A stretch of 64,000 bases of DNA from Rebecca billardiae RCC1528 (Eukaryota; Protista; Haptophyta), in assembly GCA_965240325.2 (NCBI GenBank), contig OZ251243.1, positions 1,178,001-1,242,000 on the forward strand. The letters are read 5' to 3'. This document shows positions 52,808 to 64,000 of the stretch, piece after piece (position 1 is the first letter of the stretch; each line of letters begins with the position of its first letter). The translations under genes and the position numbers were made by a program. The notes beneath the pieces were generated by a model. The model was not told the DNA's origin. It saw only the letters and a list, made by a program, of their open reading frames with translations, and made no database searches.

Positions 52808-54416
52808 CGCCGCGGGCGGCAGCTCGGCCTCCTCGAAGCGCACGCCTTCTCTCTCGAGCGCAGCGAGCACAGGCGTGTACACGGCGGCGGCAGTTGGGCG
52901 CACCAGCCCGCCGCCGCCGAGCGTGGCGCGCGTCTGCGGGTCCGCCAGCAGCTCGGCTCCGAGCGCGGCCGTGAGCCCGACCGTGCGCGCCATCGCCGAC
53001 GGCTCCGCGGCGCTGCCGCCGCCGCTGAGCGCGAGCCACGAGCTCACGCGCCGCTCCGTGGCTGGCGCGCCCACGCCGCCAGCCCCGGGCCCGCCGTTGG
53101 CGCCCGCGGGCCCCGGCCGGGCCGAGTCCGGGCCCGGACCGGCCGCAGGGTCCGGTGGTGCGCACCCCTGTGCCGGCCGGCTGAGCGTGAGAGTGTGCTC
53201 CATGAGAACGAGGTCGCGCTCGCCCGGAAAGTAGCCGAGCCGGCCGCTGAGCAGCGCGCAGAACGCGTCGCGCACGCTCGGCGCCGGCTGGTGCGCCGCG
53301 CCCGGCGTGCGGGTGGCGACGGGCTCGGCGCCGTCGCGCGTGAGCCAGCGCAGCGCATGCAGCGCGCGCGCGCTCGCGCCGCGCTCGGCGGCTGCGCGCG
53401 CGTCCGCGTCCGCGTCCGCGCTGAGCCGCAGCCCGAGCACGGCGGCGAGCTCGGCCCACGAGCGCGCGCCGCCGGGGAGCTCCGCGCCCGCGTCCAGCAG
53501 ACCGAGCTCCCGGAAGCCCGCCATCAGCCCCGCCCAGCCCGAGTAGCGCAGCGTGCCTCTGAAGAAGTCCTCCAGGCCCTCGCCGCGCCCGCCCGCGCAC
53601 ACGCCCGCCGCTGGCAGCGCCGCGCCGCCGCCCAGCCCGTACAGCTGCGCGTACCCCAGGGCGTCCCGGTTGGGGAGGACCTCGAGCTGGTACGCGCCGC
53701 ACAGCGCCGAGTCGCGCAGCCGCGCGGCCGCGCGCAGCAGGCCGTCGCCGCCGGGCACGCGCACCACCGCCCCGTGCCGGAGGTAGGCGGCGGGCTGCTC
53801 GAGGGCGTTGAGCACGCCGAGGGGCGACCAGGAGAACTTGTACCCCAGCGGCGTGCTGAGCGCGACCTCGGGCGAGGGCAGCCCGCCGCACACGGACGAG
53901 AAGCCGCGCACCTCCCAGCCGTCCGCGCGCGCCGCCGCGATCATCCGGACTGCGGACATGTGGTCCAGCCCGGGGTCGAGCCCCATCTCCACGAGGATGG
54001 GCACACCGGCGGCGGCGGCGCGCTCGGCGACGGGCCCGCGCATGCGCTCGCACGGGTAAGACGCTGTGACCAGCGGCGTGCGCGCGGCGACGCACGCCTC
54101 GGCCACGGTCGGGTGCAGCGGCGGCGGCAGCAGCGACAGCGCCGCGTCCGCGCGCTCCAGCAGCGCGCGCACGGCGGGGCTGACGCCGCCGTCGCCGTCG
54201 CCCCCACCGCCGTCGCCGCCGCCGCCGCCGTTAGCGCGCAGCAGCACATCCGCGTGGTGCGGAGTGGCGTTCGGGCGGCCGAGCTGCGCGCACAGTGCGG
54301 CGGCGGCGCCCGGCTCCTGCGCGACCACGTGCACCGTCGTGCCCGGCTGGCGCGTGAGCAGCTCCACCGCCGGCTGCGCGCACAGCCCGGCGCCTAGCAC
54401 CACCACCTGCCGCCGC

Positions 54417-54458
<42 letters not shown>

Positions 54459-56518
54459 ACGCCGACGCCGCCGCCGCCGCCGCCGACGCCGCCGCCGACG
54501 CCGCCGCCGCCGACGACGACGGCGCGGTCCGTGTCGACCGCGCCGGCACGCGCGCGCCCGACCCCGCCGTCCGCGTGCGCGGTGGCAGCACCCGCAGTCG
54601 CGGCATCGCCCGCAGGCTCGGCGCCGGGCGGCGGCTGCACCAGCGTCACGCTCGCGTCGCCGCGCGCGCGCTCCGCCGCTGCGCTCTTGAGGTCCAGCAC
54701 CAGGCGGGCCAACTGCCGGTGCGCGTGGGAGGCGTCGTGGCCCCTGAGGCTGAGGTCGAGCAGCGCGGCGGAGGGCTGGTGCGCGCCCAGCCCCGCGCGC
54801 ACCTCGCGCAGCTCGAAGCGCGCGCGCGCGCCCTCCACCGCGTCGAGCGCGCAGTTGATAAACCCGGAGTCGAACAGGTGTCCCTCCAGCCGCACCGTGG
54901 CGGTCGCCTCGACGCCCGGCGCGCCGGTGGCGGCGGCGGCGGAGGCGAAGGCGGAGGTCGGGGCGCCGCCGGCGCGCGCCGCGCCCTCGGCCGCCGCCTC
55001 GCGCGCCGCCGCGGCGCGTTGCGCCTCCTCGCGCGCGCGCGCCGCGCGGATCGCGCCAATGTACGCGAAGCGAGGCGTGAGCTCGCCCGCGCACGTCAGC
55101 GTGGCGTGCCAGAGCTCGCGCGGAAGGCCGGCCGGCCCGCCGACCGCGCGCGTGTCGAGCTGGTCGGCAAACGGCCGCGCGGCCACCTCCGCGTCGGCCA
55201 TCGCGCCGATGAACGGGCCGAGCTGCGCGCTGAAGTGCTCGGAGGCCTCGAGCGGCAGCTCGGCGGGCAGAATGTCCGTGCCCATCACGAGCACGCCGCG
55301 CCCACCCAGCGCCTCCGCAGACGCCGCCGCCGCCGCCGCGCGCCAGCCGCGCTCCGCGGCCGCCTCCGCGCCGGTCTCGTAGTCGTACACGAAGTACGGC
55401 TCGTCGACGGTGGTGCTGCGCACGAGCGGCTCGAGCGCGCCGTCCACGTCGCACGAGAGGTCCGCGATCGCGAGCAGCCGCGGCGCGCCCGTCGGCGAGT
55501 CGGCCGCGAGGTCGCGCAGCTCGGCCGCGCTCAGCAGCCGCGGGTAGCGGCGGTCCCAGTAGGCGGCGTGCACGAGTAGGGAGAGGTGCTGGAGGAGTGC
55601 GCTGCCGAGCACCGGGGTGTACCGCTCGGGGTACGCGTAGTACTCCGCCTTGTTGAAGCGCGCGCCGCGCTGCACCGGCGCCACCGTCAGCTCGGGCCCA
55701 AAGTTGATCGCGTGCACGGCGCGCCGCCACCGCTCCACGTCCGCGCGCTCGGCCGCGCCGGCGCCGCCGCCGCCACCGCCGCCGTGCGCGGACGCGGCGG
55801 TGAGCGCCGGCAGCTGGTCGGGCGCGGCGCGCAGCGCGACGCCGGGCCCGAGCGCGTCGAACGCGTGCAGCGCGCCGCGCCCGACGTTCCCCGTGCCGTG
55901 CACGCCCACCACCAGCGGCGCCACCTCGGGCGGGAGCCCGTCAGAGGCGATGCGCCGCCCCGCCTCCGCCAGTGCCTCGCACGCGGCGCCGTAGGAAGGG
56001 TAGGCGTGCGCGGGCTGGATGGCGGCGAGGGGCGTGGCGTGGCCGAGCGCGGCGAGGCGGAGGCCGAGCCCGCGCAGCGCGTTCACCATCCCCGCCTTCC
56101 CCGCGAACTCGCCGAACGCCACGAGGCGCGGCGCCGACGGGTTGCCGGCCGCTCGGATCGCCTCGTAGTCGATCAGACGCGCGCCGCAGCGCAGCGCGGC
56201 GTCGAGCAGCGGCATGTTGGCGGCCTGCCCCTTGATCGTGTGCGAGAAGAAGGCGAACGTGCGCCCCGGGTACGCCTCGATCAGCCCCGCCTCCACCTCC
56301 TTCACGCCGAGCAGCACCGAAGCTTCCGACACATTCTCGGACACGCGTGCGCCCGCGGCCTCGTACGCCGAGTCCGGGAAGACGCGCTTGGCGCACGGCT
56401 GCACGAGGACGTCGACGCCCTCGCGGGAGACGAGGCGCTCCACCGCCGCGGGCGTGAGCGGCGCGCGCCGCTCGTGCGCCGAGACCGTCTCGCGCAGGAT
56501 CGCGACGCAGCGGCGCAT
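52565..56518 (-). CDS. AASS: Bifunctional lysine-ketoglutarate reductase/saccharopine dehydrogenase (alpha-aminoadipic semialdehyde synthase), intronless
   Basis: [60 protein letters not shown] linker, [42 protein letters not shown]-terminal Q19 from (CAG)n at 52748-52804. Confidence 0.96.
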
Positions 56519-57401
56519 GCTGGCGGGAGTTGGCGGCCGGCCGGCGGACGGGCCAACGACGAAGCGGCGCGCTGCCTTCCGCGCGCCGCTTGCACAAGAG
56601 GCGACGAAAGGGCAAACCGTGAGCTGGGCAGCCGCCCGCCCGTTGGTCACTGCCGGCCGGCCACAAACGAAAAAAGCGCACCCGGCGGATGACGCCGGCC
56701 GCGTGCGCGAGTGAAGGCCAACGAAGCGCGAGTTCTGCCGCGCTTGCCCCCAACGAAATCACGCGGAAATCCGAATCTCGTCGTCCCGACGTCGTCTACA
56801 CGTCATCTTTCGGGCTGGCGACACGTGATGGAAAAAGGGGGATGAATCTGCCATATTCTGCCGGATTCTACTGCCTTCTCCTGGTAATTAATCGTGATGG
56901 ACCAAGCAAGGATGGACGATCGATGGATCCACCGGGCGCCATAGCCAAGACCGAGTAGAGACCGCCCGAGCGATGAAGCGCCGTGCGGACGCCGACGCGC
57001 GGAGCAGGGAGCCCCCGTGGCTTCGAATGGTCCCTCCAGTCAGGCTACTAGGATGCCGTTCGTGAGATCAAGGGGAGGCGCGGTTGGTCTGGCGAACAAC
57101 GGGCTGCCTGCAGCCCGCACCGGCATCCTCAGCACTCCGCGCGTGAGAGAGCCGAGGAGCCGGTTCGGAGATTGCCTGATTGTTGGGGCTAACACATCGA
57201 TACGAAAGCCCCGCCGAATCCCCCCGACTCCGCCCGCACGCTCCCTCGACTCCTGAGTTGTGGGCCACGACGGCGCCCTCTCACTGCCATCACCCAGATG
57301 CTTGCTCCTGGGCGCCGCGGCCTGGGCACAGCGCAACCGTGACTCCGTGAGGCTGCGCCTGCGCCAACCGCCGTTCGCTACCATCGCGTACGGCTACCTC
57401 G

Positions 57402-58813
57402 ATGGCGCCGGCGTGCGCGCCTACCGAGGTGCGGCTCACCGACCTGCCGCCCGAGCTGATCGCGCGCATCCTCACCCACCTCGATGGCACGCGTGACCTC
57501 GCCGCCGTCAACGCCGCCGCGCGCCTCTTCCGCGGCGCGCCGCTCGAGCACGCACTGCGTGAGCGCGTGCGGTCGCGCGGGCACGAGGCCGCGCTGCCAG
57601 CGACCCTGCCGGCGGGCACACGCACGTTGGCGGAGAATCTACTGGCACATGATGAGCGCGCGATCGAGCTCGCGCACGCGCACGCGCACGTCGCCGTTGC
57701 CAGCTCAGTCTATGTGCCGTGGGGGACATTTTCCGCGTTTGTCGACGCGGATGGCGGCGTGCACACGTGCGGCTGGCCGCTGTGCCATCCCGGCATCTGC
57801 CACGTGCTCGTGCCGAAGCGTATAGGCTCGCTCACGGCCATCCGTGTGTGCGCATTGGCAGCTGGCGATCACCACCTGCTCGCGCTGAGCGACGCCCGCG
57901 CCGTGTACGGCTGCGGCAGCAACGGCCTTGGCCAGCTGGGCGTGGGCGACACGGCTGAGCGACGGGCGTTCGTGCAGGTGGTGGCGCTGGGCGCGGAGCT
58001 CGTCGTCGGCATTAGCGCCGGTGATTGGCACAGCCTCGCGCTCACGGCTGCTGGCGCCGCGTACACCTGGGGCTACAACCACTGCGGCCAGCTCGGCCAC
58101 GGCGACACGGAGCACCGGCTGGAGCCGACGCGCATCGAGGCGCTGGACGGCGTGCGCGTGGGCGGCGTGGCCGCGGGCACTTCTCACACGCTGCTGCTCG
58201 CGGCAGACGGCGCCGTGTACTCGTGTGGAGAGGGCGATGACGGCCGCCTAGGCATCGGGGGCGAGGAGCCGCAGCGCACGCCGCAGCGCATTGAGACTCT
58301 CGTGGGCGTGCGCGCTGTGCACGTGAGCACGGGCGGTGTGCACAGCCTGCTGGTGGACGCAGCGGGCGGCGTGCACTCCTTCGGTTGGGGTGGTTCTGGC
58401 GCACTTGGCCACGGGGACTGGGCCAGCCGGCGTCTACCCACGCGCATCGACGCGCTGGCGGGCGTGCGCGCCGTGCGCGTCAGTGCGGCCTATCGCTCCA
58501 GCGCTGTCGTGTGCGCGGACGGCAGCGTGCACACGTTTGGGCGGAACAGCTACGGCATGCTGGCATGCTGGGGCTGGCGGGGCACCAAGTGTCGTGGGGC
58601 ATGCTGCCTGAGCGGGCGGAGGGCCTCGCGCATGCGCGCGTGCTCAGGTGCTCACTTGGGCATGGCCACGCCCTGTACGTCACGGAGGACGGTGCCGTGT
58701 ACGCATGTGGCGCAGGCCAGGGCGTGGGCAACGGTACTGGGGCGCAGCAGACGCCTCAGTACGCGTGGCACCAGCGCGTGGCGCAGCTTCCACCCCTGCA
58801 CTCCAAGGGGTGA
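57402..58813 (+). pseudogene. F-box + RCC1-repeat protein gene, frameshifted near the 3' end by an 8-bp duplication
   Basis: F-box LTDLPPELIARILTHL; RCC1 repeats (AGDWHSLAL..YTWGYNHCGQLGHG). GGCATGCT is duplicated at 58554-58569; removing one copy joins the frame to GMLGLAG..GHGHALYVTEDGAVYACG, ending at 58813. Confidence 0.8.
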
Positions 58814-59150
58814 CGGCGCCGGCTGGCGACTCGGCTGAGCAGTGAGTGAGTGAGCGCTGAGCGCACGGCTAGCACGCTAGGTGCGTCGCGGCGACTCCAG
58901 CCGTCACGGCCTGGGACAGCTGGTCGCGCGCAGGCTTGTAGCCCTATACGCGGGCTCACGACTGCTCACTCACGAGCCTCACGATTACATACTCGTCAGT
59001 CGTCACCGGGTTCACGGCCACGGGCAGCGCTCGCGGCCGCGTACGACCGGCGGCGGCGACTGCTGGCAGCTTCAGAGACGTGAGAGGCCGTGCCAGTTAG
59101 TAATAGTTGGCGTAGCGCACGGTGCGAACTGAAATGCTGATGATGCTAGG

Positions 59151-60873
59151 TAGGGGGGGCAAAGTGGCACTGTAGCGTTACTGACGGCCACGAGCGCAGG
59201 TCCTAGCGAGTGTTTAGAGCTGATTTCGGGCTGGATCATTTGCCCTCTGGAGGGTTCTGGTCCGGCCATGTAAAAAAATCAGGTGCACATACCCTGAATA
59301 TAGGGCGTAACGGCTAGCATATTTACTTATTAGAATGAGCCTGAACTTATTGGAAACGGTACGTAACGGTCGTCCTATATGTGACATATAGACCATGTCG
59401 ACCTCACTTTGATAGAGCATCTCAGCGAGATCGTTCTGAGTCCCCAGCAGCAGCAGGTCCCAACATGCGATATAGGCTGTGTACTGGCAGGCTGTCAAAT
59501 ATGTAGTTTCCTAGAAGCCACCGATCGTTACATACCCACCGTGTATATAGGCGCCATGCTGATGAATACAGTCTCGTCTGATCTCGAGCTGCGAGATACG
59601 TTTTCAGACTGTGTATACGGCCACGCGTACGGCGTATTGCAGACATAGTAGACCCAAAGCACCGGCCCCACGTCCTCAGCCCGGGAGTGCTCTCGGTCAT
59701 AGTCAAGGTTTAAAGTCACTCGAGCCAACCGTCACCGCTCCCTGGCCGAGACCTACGAGGCAGGTCAAATCTGTCGTCGTCGCAGTGCGGCACAGTGCCG
59801 AGCATGCGATTCGGCAGCAAACGTCTGCTCCAGGCGGTGGCTGGCGTGTCTGCACCAAACCAGGCTGGATGGGATCGGTCCATATATGTACGCACTACCC
59901 TGTTCCGCGCTATTTCTGGGCTTAGGGGCGGATATTCGGCCTACAGAGGCTGATCCGGCGCTGTTCGGCGCTCCTGGCTGGCTGCGCGGAGCCCAACGGC
60001 ACGCGCCGGCGTGTGCAAGGTGTCAAGATTGAGACGGTCTCTGACGCTCCCGCCGGTCTTGGGCGCACCAGGGTGCATGAGGGCCCATCTGCATCTGCTT
60101 CTGCAGGCATGAGCGTCACGGGGGCGCGCTTGCAGGCACGGTCGAGTGCACGTCGGACCTGTCGAATGAGCGAACCGCTGCCTACGAGCACGTCTGCGAC
60201 GTCCTGAGAGGCGAATGGGAGGCGCCCAGACGCCATCAGAGGGCACACGTGACCCATACCCAACGTGCTGACCATCGCAAGTGCCACGGCAGGTGCAAAA
60301 ACGGGCCCTACAAGCGGAACATGACAGTTGCGAGCTCCGCGGAGGTGTTGCGCGCGAGCTCGCGCCGGTCTGCTGACGGCGATTCCGGCGCAGCAGGGCA
60401 GGTTAGGCGAGCTGGGCATGCACATACATACCTAGACACCTGCTCCGAGCACCGATCTCACCACTCCGAGTTGATCATGACCCACACCGAGCGGTAGCGT
60501 GACGGGCGCACGCAGCGCGCCAATTCAAGCCGGCCGACGCGCGCCGCGCACGGCGCGAGGTGGCCAAGAAGCGGGTGGTGAGCCGCTGGTGGCGCAAAGG
60601 CACGGGTCAGTAGCGCCCACCAGCGTCACGCGCGCGCGCACTCGAGACCATCTCGGCGTCTCAAATGTCGCGAGCGCGCGGCGGTCCACTGCCTCCGGCC
60701 GCTCGCGCTGGAGCGGAACCGAGCTCTGAGCGTCCGAAGGCGTCGGAGCTCGATTTTCGAGCGGGGTCCGAGAAAAAGGCTCCGCGCCACCCTAATTATA
60801 AAAGGCCGAGGGCGGAGCGAAAATGCGACGCGACTTTGCTTTCCATTTTTAAATGCGCGGTTTGGCCCCCCTA
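59151..60873. mobile_element. hAT-like non-autonomous/degenerate DNA transposon with 13-bp TIRs and 7-bp TSD
   Basis: TGCTAGG|TAGGGGGGGCAAA ... TTTGGCCCCCCTA|TGCTAGG (12/13 TIR match; TSD at 59144-59150 and 60874-60880). Interior has lower GC and no intact long ORF. Confidence 0.8.
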
Positions 60874-62129
60874 TGCTAGGCCTAGCAGCTGGCAGTAGTG
60901 CTGGCACTGCCGCACGCGATTTAATTAAATATTATTATTAATACACATTTATATATTTATAATATGATGCTCCGGAAGGCGCTCGGCCGCGGCGGCATCT
61001 GCCGTCGCCGCCGCGACCGCGTGCCCCAGCCCCAGGCCGAGGCGGTGCTCCATCCCGGCCCGCCGCTCTCGTAGGCGGGGGGCCGGGGCCGGGCAGGGCT
61101 GCGGGTGGCACACTGTCTGACCTGGACGGAAGGCGCGGACGCATTCTATGTCTGTTGCACTCTGAGCCTGCTGACGCTTGTCCGATGCTGCCACGTCGTT
61201 AAATATATATTATATTAATATTTATAATATATATTATAAAATTTAATTAAAATATCTGCTGATTCCGCCGCCGTCACTCACGCCGCGGCCGTCAGTGTCA
61301 CCCGCCGGGCCGCCGCCGAATTGACGGCGTCCACAGCCTCCCGAACAGCCGCACAGGGTCCGGCAGCCCGGTCCCCGTGACTCTCCTACTCTGGATGCCT
61401 GGCTGCCATCCATTATCAAACGACGACGCACGATGACTGGCGTCCGGGCAGCCCGCGGCGGCCCTCGGCAGTTCACGTCGGGCGCTGCGGTGGCGTCAGA
61501 GACTAGAGAGCGCGGACGGGCGGAGTGGCCGAGCCGCTGGCCGACACCCAGCCAGTGTCGAACTGCAGTGACCCACACGCGGTGCCACGCCCCAACGCCT
61601 CCAAGCAGCATCGGCACTCCGCAAGTATCGTACGCGAGCCCATGCGCACACACATGCCACATGCCGTAGTAGTAGACCACGGCCGCACAGGCCGCAGCCC
61701 TCCGAAATCGGCTGCGAGCTGGGCGGCGCGCGGGGCCGTCATGCCCATGCGCCCTCGGGAGGCGCCTTGCCGTGCGCCCAGGCGCCGCCCTGCGGCTGAG
61801 CCCCGGACTCGTGCGGAGCGCCGCGCAGCGCACGTGCCGCCGAGAACCCCCGCTGGCTGCTGCGCGCCGTCCGAGCGCCGGCGCACGCGTCTCGTCGGCC
61901 GCGCGGCCGGCGGCAGCCAGGAGGCCGAAAGGGGCCTGGGGAGGACTCGGGATTAAATTAGATGCCCAGCGCGGGCAGAGACGAGCTGCCCCGAGCAGCA
62001 CTCGCTCGCTCGACCCCGGCGCGGCGGGCAGGCAGCAACCCAGCAGCGGCAGTAGCGGCAGCGGCAGCCGCAGCGGCGGCAGCGGCGGCAGCTCCTCCCG
62101 CACGAGGGGCCGCGCAGAGGCCCCCCCCG

Positions 62130-62667
62130 TCAGAAGGCGGTGCCGAAGTTGTCCAGCCCTTTGATGAACTCCTCGTCCAGCAGCGCGCCAAAGATGGCGG
62201 CGGAGTCGCCGCCGCCCTCGCTGCTGCGTCGCTTGCTCACGCTCGGCGGCGGTCCGCCCACCACCGCGGGCGCGCCCGGCAGCAGGGGCGGCGGCGACGA
62301 GCTCGCCAGCGCGGCGCCAGAGGGCGGCATGACAAACGGTGGTGCCGGCGCGCTCGCGCTCGCGCCGCCGCCATTGGGCTGCGGCGCCGATGCGGCCGGA
62401 CCGAGCGCGAAGCCGGGCGGCACGGGTGGCGCGAGCCCGCGGCCGAACCCCGCGCCCACCGCGCCGGCCGGCTGCCCGCCGAACGCGCCCGCACCCACCG
62501 GTGCCCCCGTCGCCGCCGCCGCCGCCATCGCCCGCGCCGCCGAGAAGCTGCAGGGTGCCGCGGGCGGCGCGCCGCTCGGCTGCAAACCGTTGGCGAGCGC
62601 AGGGGCGCGGCTCGGCGCCGGCGCGGCGTGCTGCTGCGGCGGCGGCTGCGGCGGCTGCTGCTGCTCG

Positions 62668-62720
<53 letters not shown>

Positions 62721-63290
62721 TTTCTGCTGACGTCTCCTGCTGGCGCCCGACGCGCCTGAAGCGCCGCTCGGCCGCCGCTTGACGCCGTTCGCGCCGATGG
62801 TGGGCTTGCGCTTCTCGGCGGGGGCGGGCGGCTTGACGGCGTCCTTGGAGGGCCTGCCGCCCTTCTTGCCCTTCCGCCCGCCCTTCCGCACGCCGTTCGC
62901 GATCGGCGGCTGCTGAATATCCGACAGCTTATTCGGGGGTCGGCGCACGCGCGGCGAGGTGAGCACCAGGCCGGGCTCGCCGCTCGCAGACGCGGCGGCG
63001 TGCTGGAGGTCGATGGGCGGCGGCAGGGCGGAGGCCGGCAGGGTCGTAGGCGGCACGATCGTCACGGGCGCCGGCGCCGGCGCCACCGCCGCCCTGGCGG
63101 GGAGCGGTGGCGCCGGCGCAGCGGCCGCGGCGGGCACGGCCGCGGCCGACGGCCCGGGCTTGGCGCGCAGCGCGGCGGGCTTGCGGGCGGGCTTGGGGCG
63201 GGTGGCGTTGGCGATCTCCTGCGGCGATCCCGTGTAGTCGCCGCCGTGGTACGTCAGCCGCGCGGGCGGCGCGCGCGCGCGGAGCGACAT
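62130..63290 (-). CDS. Hypothetical Pro/Ala-rich protein with a basic NLS-like tract and an acidic-hydrophobic C-terminus
   Basis: MSLRARAPPARLTYHGGDY..., RKGGRKGKKGGRP, C-terminal IFGALLDEEFIKGLDNFGTAF; host-like codons. Confidence 0.55.
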
Positions 63291-63737
63291 CGCTCGGGCG
63301 GCGCCCAAGGTCGGCGGGAGGGTGGGGGGCCTGCGCTGGAGGCCCCCTCTGCTGCTGCTAGCCAGCGCGTCAGGGTCGCGACTCGAGAGGCGGGTGCCGC
63401 CCGAGCAAGCTCGCCGAGCGCAGCACTCCTCCACTGGCGGGCGCGATGCGCAAAGCGACGAAGCACGGAGGGGCGCGCGCCTTTTCGACGGCTTTTCCTA
63501 GCCGACCTCGGCCGAACCCGCATGAAATCGAAGCTACAGGAACAGCCACCGGCTCTGATTGGCTGAGAATGACTGGGTGAGAGGGCGTTCGTGAGGCGGG
63601 GAAGCCGGATTTGAACCGTCCGGACATTGAACCCGGACTCCACTCCGAGTCCGGATGAACCACACGAAGCCGGTGCTGCCTGAGCACAATGATGGCCACG
63701 GCCGCGCTCGCCCACCCAGACCTTCCGGCCGCCGGGC

Positions 63738-64000
63738 TCACTGCTCCTCCTCGTGCTTCATCAGCTTGTGCTCGCGCAAAAAGTCCAGGAAGAGCTCCGT
63801 GTCCAGGAAGTCCTCCGCCGACTGCATGATCCGCACGAACGCCTGCGGGTGCAGCGCGTCCCCGATCGTCGGCTCGATCGCCTCCGACGCCTCCTGCACC
63901 TCGAGGAAGAGGGAGGAGATGTGCTCGGCGGCGACGGTGGGGTTGAGCTTGGCGCAGATCGAGGCGAACTCGTCGAGCGAGAGACGCCCGTCGTTGTTCA
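63738..64000 (-). CDS. 3' end of an EF-hand protein (5' part outside the window)
   Basis: Reads ..NNDGRLSLDEFASIC...FLDFLREHKLMKHEEEQ*; NxDGxLSxDEF is an EF-hand loop. Confidence 0.75.
   Translation of the reverse strand, partial: NNDGRLSLDEFASICAKLNPTVAAEHISSLFLEVQEASEAIEPTIGDALHPQAFVRIMQSAEDFLDTELFLDFLREHKLMKHEEEQ

Noticed and set aside
59422-59706. PAAAGDSERS as a remnant of the hAT dimerisation motif (PASSA.SER.FS)
   Set aside because: Similarity is too weak to call without a profile search; the surrounding residues do not match.

Overview
Gene-dense, very GC-rich eukaryotic nuclear DNA from an alga with a secondary plastid and flagella. The evidence is a bipartite signal peptide plus ASAF plastid presequence, CFAP74, a GC-AG intron, and GC-rich introns without polypyrimidine tracts. 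This fits a haptophyte such as a Pavlovales alga, but the taxon is inferred. About 20 protein-coding genes are present: CDPF1-like (partial), a Sulfotransfer_2 protein, CFAP74, SEC23, an MscS-like channel, diacylglycerol kinase, a GT8-like glycosyltransferase, an LSMT-like SET methyltransferase, a TKL kinase, a cyclin-Y-like protein, MIC10, a polycystin-like channel, chloroplast sensor kinase (CSK/Hik2), bifunctional LKR/SDH, a frameshifted F-box/RCC1 gene, an EF-hand protein (partial) and several hypotheticals. The non-genic DNA holds five unrelated non-autonomous inverted-repeat DNA transposons. Three long-arm foldback elements are packed between CFAP74 and SEC23: one with a CAG target-site duplication (TSD) and one carrying a captured Ser/Pro-rich gene fragment. 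A TA-flanked element with perfect 36-bp terminal inverted repeats (TIRs) lies at 50-52 kb. A hAT-like element with a 7-bp TSD lies next to an 8-bp footprint that frameshifts the F-box gene. Other notable signals are complementary 5'/3' intron ends that could pair splice sites through RNA structure, (AT)n islands at convergent gene ends, and a CSK that keeps its His but lacks the G1-box Asp. All calls come from reading the sequence; no searches were run.
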